DNA of 64,000 nucleotides, taken from Malacoraja senta (lineage: Eukaryota). Below, one piece after another: positions 38,201-49,364 of this stretch (the first letter of the stretch is position 1; each line of letters starts with the position of its first letter). The position numbers were made by a program, and so were the translations under genes. Under the pieces are notes generated by a model. It saw only the letters and a list, made by a program, of their open reading frames with translations. It searched no databases and had not been told where the DNA came from. Where the stretch lies: positions 9,736,001 through 9,800,000 of the forward strand of contig CM075993.1 in NCBI GenBank assembly GCA_038087875.1. The letters are read 5' to 3'.

Positions 38201-39918
38201 GGTGAATTTGGTAGACTGATTCTTCAATAACACCTTTTATATATAGGGTTTTGAAGCGCAGCTTGAACCTCCATTACTTCGCAAAGTGGAGAGTTCTGCT
38301 AGGAACATGCTGGACAGGCAAATCATAATTTGGAATGAATTCAATTCGAAATCCTTGTATATTATTCAGAATTACCACATCTGAAGTAATCTTCTTCCAA
38401 TGTTTATAGAAGAGACGTAATCTGCCTCCAACTTTTGGACTTAATCCAGTTAGTATGTTCCCATGAGAACCAGGTCCACCTACCTCTTGAGTCATTTGAG
38501 TATTCTGAGATCCCTGGATTCTCCCGGAAGCACCACCACTGGTTCTTACTCCCGCTGCAGGCCGCCAGCTACGTCCCTGCGTTGATGAGCGACTTGGTCC
38601 TGGTCTAGGATCCGTATGACGTCTGAAAGGATACTTCCTCTTTACAGACTTTGCAACCATTGATGTTTTTATCAATCCTGTTTTCACTTCATCTTCCAAC
38701 TCTTTAATACGTCTCCCGAGATCCTCTCCAAAGAGTAAGTTGGGTAATTGTATATTACTTGGTTTGCAGAGTGCTGCGAATTTCGGATTCATAGTAGGCC
38801 GTATAGCACCTTCCTCAGATAACTGATCTCGAAGTGGGTGCTGCATAGCAACCCCAGTGCTTCCTGATGCAACTTCGTCATCTCTTGGCTGTTATCTGCT
38901 ATTCTGGTAAAAGCAGTTATTCTAGAACCCAGCAGCTTTAATATTCTCTGCAACTGATTCCAGATAATTTGGTTCATTGCTGCTGCTTTCAGCAACCCAC
39001 AGTTACTTGGGGTCTCCTGCTTTCTTGCAGTCTCATCCATCTCCTGCTGTTCCAGCTGATGGTAAACCAAGTAATTTATTAAGGAGGCCAGTTCTTCTCC
39101 TAATGGCTCCCCTGACCCTGACGGGGCAGCGAATCCTACTGCCAGGGGTGGAACATCTGGCAGCTACCGTTCATCGCCTTGTACAGCCTCACCGTCAGAG
39201 TCGGGGTCTGAAATCTCATGACCCGTAGCACGCTCCTCATCCCTGAGGGTGCATTCCATCAGCCCTGTGCCAGGTGCTGTTGAGCTGCTTCCAGCAGCTT
39301 GGATTTCAGTACACTACTTCCTGAGTGAACTTTGCTCCAAGAGCCTATGTAAAAGGCTTTCTATTTGGGCAATACGCTCGAAAGCAGTATCTAGCCCTGT
39401 ACCAGGAGCTGTTGAGCTGCTTCCAGCAGCTTGGATTTTAGTACACTCCTCCCTGAGTGAACTTTGCTCCAACAGCCTATGTAAAAGGCTTTCTATTTGG
39501 GCAATACGCTCGAAAGCAGTATCTAGCCCTGGAGCTACTTCCATTGCCTGGGACTCCCTCCGTGGGCCGTTGGGATTTAAACCGGGGTTTACAGGCGGTT
39601 GGTCGCTAACCGTGGACTCCCGACTTCCCCGGCTTTCTGTCGGCTGTGTCGCTCGCCTCTTCCCCCTGCCCGTTTAAAAAAAAAAAAAAAAATTAAATTT
39701 TTTTTCCATGGCGTCTGTGGAAAAATCCCCACAGACCCACAGTAAACGGACCTGGAAAACATGAAAAAAGTTTCTACTTACCTTGTAGTTGAAAAACTAC
39801 AAACCACTGGAGGAGCTCTGCTCCTCACGTCCGTTTGCGTCAAGGCGTCTGACGTAATGACGCGCAGGCACACTGGCGGGGTTCTTCACGTAGTCACTCA
39901 CGTGACTCCGAAGTAAAA
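35254..39918 (-). mobile_element. DIRS1-type tyrosine-recombinase retrotransposon, structurally complete with frameshifted ORFs
   Basis: Inverted terminal repeats are present, and an internal complementary region (ICR) at 35490-35600 matches both termini. ORF remnants: gag-like (38274-39544), RT/RNase H (LQTDASALGWG, ITYLELL), methyltransferase-like (VAIDAFSLHW...IFPPF) and tyrosine recombinase (HSTRAA, AAGW...FYHR). Confidence 0.92.
35770..36279 (-). pseudogene. DIRS tyrosine recombinase C-terminal part
   Basis: HxxR motif (HSTR), AGW and the putative catalytic Tyr (HFYHR). The upstream part is in another frame (36276-36500). Confidence 0.85.
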
Positions 39919-41439
39919 TGAACTGGATGGAAGGAAGTGACTACTGTGTTCACCACTCTCTGCAGGTTCCAGTGGTTAAGAACAGGGATGTTGCCACAAC
40001 AGGCTGAGATTATTCCCATCAGAATACTTTCTATGGTACATTTGTTGAAGTTCAAGAAAATTCTTGAGGGCATGCAAAATCTTCTCAGATGCTGACGGAT
40101 TTAAATACATCAAAATCACATCAGTATGAAGGGACCAGGATAGGTTGTTAGTAATATGGATGCCGAAGAATTAGAGCTGTCAACCATCTTTACAGCAGCT
40201 CTGTTGATGAGGATATGGTTGTGTTCAGCCCCTCACTTCCTTGGGTCAACAACCAAGTTTTCATCTTATTACCATTAGGGGATAGGTCATTATCCTGACA
40301 ACATTGACAGTAGATTCTTGATCACTTTCCTATACCTTGTGTCATCATTGTTGTAGATCCAGCCAACAACAGAATAATCATCACCTAAGTTAAAGATTGA
40401 GTTGACATTGTATTTGACCACACTGTCATGCATGGATGGGTGGAGCAAGGGACTAAGCACAGAACGCTGAGGAGCAATGTTGTGGGTCAGGGTAGCGGAA
40501 ATTTTATGACCAATTCTAACCAACTGTGTCTACCGGGTTAGGAGTCCAGATGCCAGTTGTAGATGGAGGAGGCCCTAAGGACAAGGACCAGAAGTTTAGG
40601 GATGAGTTATTTGGTATGTTGTTGAAGACTGAACTCAATGAATGACATCCTGACATAGGTTGTCTTATTGTCAAGGTGATGCTGGGCTGAATGAAGTGCC
40701 GGAGAGATTGCATCTTCCATAGACCTACTTTTCCTGTGCATGAATCACTGAAGATCTAGATTGTTCAGAAAACTGACATCAATGTGAGCCATTAACAATC
40801 TTTCAAAGCACTTCATTGTGGTCTTTGGTTAGAGCTACTGGGCAGTAATTATTGATAAAGGTCACAATTTTTCTTGGGGACTGGAATGATGGAGGTTTCC
40901 TTGAAGCAGATGGGGAGAAAAGACTGTTGAAGTGAGAGGTTGACATTGTCGGCAAAGACTGCCTAGTTGATTGGTACACAATTTCAGATCCTTTCCAGGA
41001 ACCCCAAGTGTGATGGGTGTATGGAACCAGCTGCCAGAGGAGGTAGTTGAGGCAGGTGCAATTGCAACATTTAAGAAATATTTGGACAGGTACATTAATA
41101 GGACAGGTTTAGAGGGATATGGGCCAAACACAGGCAGGTAGAAACTAGTGTAGATGTGGCATTTTGATCGGTATGGGCAATTTGGGCCAAAGGGCTTGTT
41201 TCCATGCTGTATGATTCTATAACTCCATCTGTGCCAGCCGCTTTCTGAGTGTTTACCCTCAGGAAAGCAGATCTGCCTTCTCCCGACAAGATGTTTGAGA
41301 CAGAGCCAGTGAGGGAGGTTGGAGCTTTGTTTATTATTAGTAGTTATTAGATTGATTGGATCTCGAGAGCTGGACCAAATGGTTCAGGAGTACTTTTATA
41401 GGAATATATCTAACAGGTAGGTATAGAATCCATGACAAT

Positions 41440-42480
41440 GAAAAATCTGCAGATGCTGAAAGACTGAAATAAAACACAAACATTTTGAAACAATTAGCAG
41501 GTCAAGCAGCATCTGTGGAATGAGAAACAATTAATGTTCAGATCTGGGAAAGAGAGAAGTTAGTTTTCAGTAGCAGTGAAGGTAAGGAATGGTGCCCTCA
41601 TATAAAATAAAGGGATAGTTTAGAGGAGCAGTTAGCAGCATATTATACTTCTTTGTTTGTATAATATGTTATTAACAGTGAGGCTGAGTAACACACTTGA
41701 CAAGTAAAGCGGCAGAAATAGAAAACAGAACTAATATGATGACAAGCAGCAGTGACAGTTCTGATATAGACAGAAAAAAACAGGGTGTTGCCTAATGTTG
41801 AAGAATATGATATTGAGTCTAAAAGGCTTAATTGAGCATGGGGGGAAGATGAGGTGTTCTCCACGTTTGCTTTGGACCTCATTGCAACAGTGCAGGAGGC
41901 TGCTGACAAAGTTCAGAGTGAGAGTGGAATGATGAATTAAAGTGATAGTCTGAACTCTACAAACGGAACACCGATACGATACAACACGATAGAACTTTAT
42001 TTATCCCAGGAGGGAAATTGGTCAGCCAACATCACAAAACACAACAGGATACATGAAACATGAAATTAAAGTGACGAGTGGAAAGTCCAGGATTAGGGAT
42101 GTGCAAAGATTGAGGAGTGGGGGGGAGGAGTTGTACAGTTTGATCTCCTGTGGCATTCTGATGCTCCACAAAGTGATCTCCTAATCTGTGTTTGTTTTCT
42201 TCAGAACAGAGGAGTGTGAACAATGGGTGCGGTACACTAAACTGAAAGAGATGCAAATGAATCGCCGCTTCACCTGGAGGGTTTGTTTAGGTGGTGGAAA
42301 ATGAAGGGATGAAAAGACAGGTATTGCATCTTCTGTGGTTGCATGGGGAAGTGCCGTAATACCATTTTGGTATGTGGGGACAGAAGAGTGGATCAGAAAA
42401 TCACAAAGGGACTTTGAAATACTGAATGGGGAGGGGAAAGTCTGTCTGCTGATGGAATCATAGAATATATAAATGTCATT
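41440..42480 (-). mobile_element. Degraded Penelope-like element (GIY-YIG remnant plus pLTR), interrupted by a Rex1-type tail at about 41970-42135
   Basis: Remnants QTLQVKRRFICISFSLVY...HCS and KHRLGDHFVEH; pLTR-like end at 41440-41540. Confidence 0.65.
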
Positions 42481-42810
42481 TGGATTCTGAAACACAATGT
42501 ATCTGATTTAGAGTTGGCCCTTAAGCCTCATCACTGATGATATTTGGTTGGGTAGACAAAAAAGCTGGAGAAACTCAGTGGATGAGGCAGCATCTATGGA
42601 GTGAAGGAAATAGGCAACGTTTCGGGTCGAAACCCTTCTTCAGACTTTTTGTCTACCTTCGATTTTCCAGCATCTGCAGTTCCTTCTTAAATATTTGGTT
42701 GGGTGTTGCTTCCCGGTTTCCATTTAAAGTTTTCTGCGCAGTCTATCAATGAATAGAAACGGGATAGGAATTTATTTGTGTTTTGAGATGAGAAGATAGG
42801 AGTCAGATCT

Positions 42811-44760
42811 GTGGAGACTGTCACAGTGGACAAGCAAATAAAGATGTTCCCAAACCGGAAACCCTGGTTGAACAAGGAGGTTCAGGATATGCTAAGGGCA
42901 CGCAACAATGCCTTTAAATCCAGGGACACTTCTGCTTACAGTGCGGCCAGGTCGAACCTGAACAGAGGCATAAAAAAGGCCAAAGACATCCACAGGCAAA
43001 GGGTAGAAGACCACTTCAACACCGCGGACACCAGAAGCATGTGGCAGGGTGTCAGGGACATCACCGACTACAAGAGCAGCCCCGCCTGCCCCCACGGTGA
43101 TATCACACTGGCCAACGAACTAAACACCTTCTTTGCCCGGTTCGAAACTGGCAACACCACCAGGAGTGGAATAACCCCGGCCATGGCGGAGGGACAGGCC
43201 TTAACACTGAGCACCCAGGAGGTACAGTGCGCTCTGCGTAGGATCAATCCACACAAGGCTGCAGGCCCGGATGGAGTCCAGGGAAGGGTACTAAAGGACT
43301 GTGCTGTACAGCTGGCGGAGGTATTCACGAGAATCTTCAATCTGTCTCTATCTCTGGCAACGGTCCCCAAGTGCCTAAAAACAGCCACCATAGTGCCGGT
43401 GCCGAAAAAGTCCAAAGTCACCAACCTGAACGACTACCGCCCGGTTGCCCTAACTCCAATCCCAATGAAGTGCTTCGAAAGGCTGGTCCTCTCCCATATC
43501 AAATCCAGCATCCCTGCCTCACTGGACTCCCATCAATTTGCATACAGGGCAAATAGATCAACAGAGGATGCCATCTCTCTGGCTCTTCACACTGTCCTGA
43601 CTCACCTGGACAGACAGGGCACGTATGTGAGGATGCTCTTCATTGACTATAGCTCTGCATTCAATACGGTCATCCCCACCAAACTCATCACCAAACTCCA
43701 CCAGCTAGGCCTCAGCTCGCCGATATGCGATTGGATCCTGAACTTTCTGACGGAGCGACCGCAGGCAGTGAGACTGGGCCCGCACCTGTCCTCCACTATC
43801 ACCCTGAGCACCGGCACACCACAGGGCTGTGTACTAAGCCCCATGCTCTACTCCCTCTTCACTCACGACTGTGTCCCTGCATTCGACACCAACACCATCG
43901 TGAAGTTTGCAGACGACACTACAGTGATTGGGCTGATCACCAACGGTGATGAAACAAAATACAGAGCGGAGGTGCAGAACCTGGCGGACTGGTGCGCTCA
44001 TAACAACTTGTCACTAAACACCTCCAAGACCAAGGAGCTGATTATTGACTTCAGGAGGTCCCATAATGGAGAATATGCCCCAATCTCCATTTACAGGGAA
44101 AGTGTGGAGAGAGTGTCCAGCTTTAAGTTTCTGGGCACTCACATTTCAGAGGACCTCACATGGTCCACCAACACTGCTGCGCTGGTGAAGAAGGCACAGC
44201 AACGACTGTTCTTCCTGAGGACATTAAAAAAAGACTGGTCTGCCCCAACAGCTGCTGACAACGTTCTACCGCTGCACCACAGAGAGCATATTAACGTATG
44301 GCATCTCTGTGTGGTATCTCAGCTGCACGGAGGCGGAGAGGAGAGCTCTTCAGCGCGTTGTCCACAGAGCGCAGAGGATCATTGGGACAGAGCTACCAGC
44401 CTTGGAGGGCATCTACCACACACGGTGCCTCAGGAAGGCCGTCAGCATCCATAAGGACTCATCACACCCTTGTAACGGACTGTTTGAACTACTTCCCTCC
44501 GGCAGACGTTACAAGGCCTTCTACGCCCGAACCTCCAGACTCAGAAACAGCTTTATTCCAAGAGCTATAGCGGCTCTGAACCGGCCCTGCTGAGTGCCCC
44601 CCCACCCACCCCCCCTGGACAGTCTCCCTCGGATGGTCACGTCACTCAGCTTGCTTATTTATTTATCTTACTTTTCTTGTACATCGGTGGAGCTGCATAC
44701 TAAATCTCGTTGCACTGACGTGCAATGACAATAAAAGATATTATTATTATTATTATTATT
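42811..44760 (+). mobile_element. Rex1/Babar-like LINE, 5'-truncated, RT domain nearly intact (one frameshift near 44230)
   Basis: 547-aa ORF with KAAGPDG, DYRPVALT, QFAYRANRST, FIDYSSAFNT, GTPQGCVLSP and FADD. AATAAA is followed by an (ATT)n tail. Confidence 0.92.
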
Positions 44761-45123
44761 GTTATGATAGATTACACTGTGAAGGAGTAATTCAGAGGAA
44801 GATGAACGTATCCTGCTTATTGAGATTTAAGTTGTCTCTTAGATGAGAGAAGAAACTGGTCCACCTTGCTGACTGACTTGTACCTGTTTCGAGTCGGTGT
44901 ACAGTCATATCTTTTTTTCTGCACTTGTGTGGGCGTTGTCAGACCTGATCTTTGGCAAAGTGTATGCCTTTTTAAGATCAACAGTTAATGGGAAAATGGG
45001 ATGTTGCATTATGTACATTAATGGGGATAAATCAGGAGGTTTGTTTTCATGCTTGTTGACAGTTCCTCTGAGCTCTGCTGCTCAATTTCAACTTTGAAAT
45101 CATATATTTGCTGGGAAGTTTAT

Positions 45124-46512
45124 TTTTTTTTAAAATTTTTATTTATTAGAAGTACATTACATTACAACCACATACATTAATACTCGTCATTTATATCTTC
45201 TTACAATTAATGTACTCCCTTTATTTATTTTTTTACACTAGAAAAAGAAAAGATTGAAAGAGAGAAGAAAGTGAAGGAAAAAGTGCAAGTGTAGAAAAGT
45301 GTAGAAAATGTAACAACAAAAAAGGACGAAGACCCTATAAGAGCGAAATTAAAAACAAAAAGAAAAAGAGTTAAGAAATAGGCCCTAAGAAAAGAAAAGA
45401 GAAAGAGAAAAAAAGAGAAACAAATGTTTGTTTTTTTTGAGCATCACGTAAATAGGACATACCAACTCTTCAACTATCACCCCCCCTTACCTGACCTCAA
45501 TTTTTTATTTTTTTTTAAGTACTTTTGCACCCTATGTTTGTAATAATTCTATAAATGCAGACCACGTCAGGTGGAAGTGATCTGGTTTACCTGCTAGGAG
45601 GAGTCTTATCTCTTCAAGGTGTAATGTTTCAAACATATTTGAAATCCACATATTTATAGTTGGTATTGGAGCCTTCTTCCAAAATTTTAGAATTAGCTTT
45701 TTTCCAGTTATTAACCCATAGTCCATTAATTTCTTTTGAAACACATTTAGTTCTGGATCATCTTCCGTTATTCCGAAGATAATCCATTCTGCTTTGGGTA
45801 TCAGTCTTGTTTTAAATAACTTTGTAAAGATTTCAAAAATTTAATTCCAAAATTTTTGAATTTTTGTACAGAAGACAAATGAGTGCGCTATAGTTGCTTC
45901 TTGGGATTGACATTTATCACAAATAGATGATACGTTTGGGAAAATGTTATGAATTTTAGTTTTCGAATAATATAATCTATGTAAAATTTTAAATTGTATT
46001 AAAGTGTGTCTTACATTAATCGAGCATTTATGCACTTTTAATAAGTATTCATTCCAACTTTCCTTTGAAATTTTAATAGCTAACTCTTGTTCCCAGTCTC
46101 TTCTGATACCCTCCGTAGATGGTATTTGTGCATTTAAGATAATATTATACAAATATGATATTAAGTTTGCTGATTCCGCTTTTATCTGCATTGCCTCGTC
46201 CAGTACATCTGCTGGGTTATTATGATGATCTTTTGTATATTTTTTCAAATAGTCGCATATTTGAAAGTATTTAAAATATTGATTATTTCCGAGTTTATAT
46301 TTTATTTGTAATTGTTGAAATGAAAGTAATTTTCCAGTTTCATACAAGTCACCAAGCGTTTTAATTCCTAGTCTATCCCATTGTGTATAAGCTTTATCTA
46401 TAATAGAAGGACTAAACGAAGGGTTATTGACTATAGGTAATAAAAGTGATAAGTTTCTTAATTTTAAATTTTGTTTTATTTGTTTCCAAATACGGATTGT
46501 ACTATGAATAAT
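45124..46512 (-). mobile_element. 5'-truncated L1-clade LINE
   Basis: ORF2 C-terminus with a CCHC-like region (CDKC...HSFVFC) and an A-rich tail. TSD tgggaagtttat at 45112-45123 and 46513-46524. It is homologous to about 49370-50830. Confidence 0.9.
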
Positions 46513-48263
46513 TGGGAAGTTTATATAGATAGTTCATCAAAATCAAATTAGATGAATATAAGAAATTAGAAAAAGGCCAGCAGTCTTCATGGGACAAGAT
46601 AACGGATGCTCTTCTACCACAATACCATTTTCCTGTCCTCTCCCTATTTATATGTGATGATACCTTTCATTATCTCTTTATTGATTTCTTTTTAAATGCA
46701 GTCAATGTCTTAGCCTCCATATCCGGTGGTGTGAATAATTCCAGAGTTCTTAATGCTTCAATGAGGTCATCTCATTCTACTATAATCTCTAGAGAATGAG
46801 ACCCGACCTACTCAATTTCTTCTCTTATGACCAACCTACCATATCAGGTATCCAGGAAGCAGTCTGGTGAATCTTGCCACACTTTTTCTGTAGCAAGTAT
46901 ATCCTTCTTTGGGAAAGGAATTAAAAAATACACTGGTCTAACTAAGATCCTATATAATATTAGTAAGATATTCTGGTATCCTAATAAAGGTAAATGTACC
47001 ATTTACCTTTGCTACTGTCTGCTGTACCTACATGTTACTTTCTGTGACCAACGTACAAGGATGCCCAGTACCACTGAACATCAGAATTGTCCCATTCTCT
47101 CATCGTTTCTGGGTTTTTTACTACCAAATTGAAAAACTTCAGCTCACTGAGTCTGGGCAAACCATCAAGCATCAATTTGCGCTACTCTAAGTTAATTCCA
47201 TTTATATTTATCCAACATTCTCAGCAACACTGCTCCCTCCCCCTGTCTGATCCTACCACTCACCTACAGGGTCAGGGCAACTCACGGTGCGATACGATAA
47301 TTTATCCCAGGAGGAAAATTGGTCTGCTAACTGTCATAAAACACAACAAGATACAAGAAACATGAAATTAATGTGATGAGTGGAAAGGATTGGAGATGTG
47401 TAAAGATTGGGGGGGAGGGGGAGGGGAGTCAGTCTACCCCACGACAGAAAGGGGAGGAGTTGTACAGTTTGATAGCCACAGGGAAAAAGGATCTCCTGTG
47501 GCGTTCTGTACTGTATCTTGGTGGAACCAGTCTGTTGCTGAAGGTTGACCAGTGTGTCATGGTGGGGATGAGCTGTATTGTCCAAGTGGCCAATTATCCA
47601 CATGACCCAGGTAAACATCATGGGAGAAATCTAGAGCACCCAGAGGAAACCCACGCAGTCACAGGAAGAACATGCAAACTACCCACACAGACAACACCCA
47701 AGGTCAGGATTGAACCTGGATCCCTACTGTGGGGCAGTGGCTCGACAAGCTATCCCATTCTGCAGCCAATTAGAGAAAAGGTTCAGTTTAATGGCTTTCA
47801 TCTTCAAAGCAGAATACTAGGACTGATGTCTTGGTTCTGTTGCTGTGGTGAAATGGAGCATCTGCAGATGATATATTTGTCTCCAGAGTACCTGGAATGT
47901 TGAGAGCAATGGTGGAAGAGGGATTTCTATTCTGACTGTTATTCAGTGAGCCCATAACTAGTCTATCGAATTTGCCCTGGTTTGTTTTACAAGATTTCCA
48001 GAAACGGATTAGAACATATTAAGATGACTGAGATTCATGGGTGCTGGGTTACATTCTTTTCATTCATTTGATATAATTTCATATGAATTGTTTGGGTCAT
48101 ATTACAAGCATTTATAGGAAAACTCTTGAACTTGAGAGGAGCTTTAATCTGCCATACATTTTTAGGTTGTCTTTTGTTTACTTTACAACAGAGATTCTGA
48201 AACTCAGCATCCTTCCTGTCCTTTTACAGATCTCTGTGGTTGGCAAAAACGAGAGTGTTCAAA

Positions 48264-48885
48264 ATGCAAGAAGAACGAAACATTCGGATAATAGAATGGG
48301 AGGACATGGACAAGAAAAAATTCTACTCTGTTGGTCTTCTCATGGCTCTGTCAATCCGCTTAGGAGTTTATCCCATCATACTGATTAGAACACGGCTTCA
48401 GGTCCAAAAAGGCAGGAGCCATTACAAAGGCACTTCTGACGCATTCAGTAAGATTCTAAAATCTGAGGGGATACGAGGACTTTACAGAGGGTTTCTGGTG
48501 AATACGTTTACCCTAATCTCTGGCCAAGCGTATGTTACGACCTATGAACTAGTGCGCATGTATGTATCCTGCTACAGCGACAATAATGCAGTTAAGTCAA
48601 TTATAGCTGGAGGCTCAGCATCCATTGTGGCACAGAGCTTCGTAGTGCCCAGCGATGTCATTTCCCAGCACCTAATGATGGCCGGCCAGAAAGGCTACAG
48701 GGGACGATTAGAGATGTCCCAGATAACAGGCACTACCAGACAAAACTTTGGCCAGGCAAAGGAGGTTATTGTTAATATTTTCAAGATTGATGGCCCACGA
48801 GGATTTTACAGAGGATATTTAGCTGCCTTGTTGATGTACATTCCTCACAGTGCACTGTGGTGGCCTTCTTACCACTTCTTTGCAG
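48264..48885 (+). CDS. SLC25A44: Mitochondrial carrier SLC25A44(-like), first coding exon (exon 48230-48885)
   Basis: MQEERNIRIIEWEDMDKKKFY...YPIILIRTRLQVQKG...GLYRGFLVNTFTLISGQ...WWPSYHFFA matches the SLC25A44 N-terminus. Acceptor cttttacag| lies before 48230 and a phase-1 donor gcag|gtatgt lies after 48885. Confidence 0.93.
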
Positions 48886-48928
48886 GTATGTGATATTACA
48901 GTTCCTCTCATATCATCCTTTTATTAAA

Positions 48929-49360
48929 TACTAGACCAAGTGCAGACCCGTTGGGTCTGTCTCCCCAACGCGCGTTTGCGGGTGGTGGGGGGAGGGGGGG
49001 CTGCGGCATCACACTAACCACTGGGTCTGTTCCTCCAAAGCAGGGTTACGGGGTTGGAATCTTGCACCCACAAACACACACACTCATCACACCCCTTGAT
49101 ATTATCTTAATTTTATTAATTGGCTTCTTTTATCCCATCTCCACCCTATCCACTGACGAATAGCCCTCACCTCTCAGGTGCGTTTAGAGGGGGGGGGCAG
49201 AGAGAGTATGCACAGACAGAGTGGAAGAGACAGAGAGAGTGCAGAGAAAAAGATAAAGATCAAAGAGAGAGAGCAGAGAGATAGTGGCTGACTGGCGCGG
49301 CAAGTGGAAAAGTGATTTATTAAATCTTAAAATGTAAATAACTTAAAATACAACAATTTA
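48929..49360. mobile_element. Putative non-autonomous Helitron/Helentron-like element, truncated by L1
   Basis: Begins tactag, has a subterminal hairpin cagaccc-gtt-gggtctg and a partial repeat at about 49022, and has GA-rich low-complexity internal sequence. Confidence 0.35.
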
Positions 49361-49364
49361 AATG

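Larger units (their letters stand above)
34850..41290 (-). mobile_element. Old degraded Rex1-like LINE split by the DIRS insertion (and by a CR1 tail at about 41005-41225)
   Basis: 35043-35255 reads HPGHSLISFLP...TSRFKNRFFPA and 40290-40523 reads APQRSVLSPLL...NLGDDYSVVG. These are collinear on either side of the DIRS element. Confidence 0.65.

Noticed and set aside
39750..39785. GT-AG mini-intron in the DIRS 5' leader (minus strand)
   Set aside because: At about 30 nt it is too short for normal spliceosomal splicing, and there is no transcript evidence.
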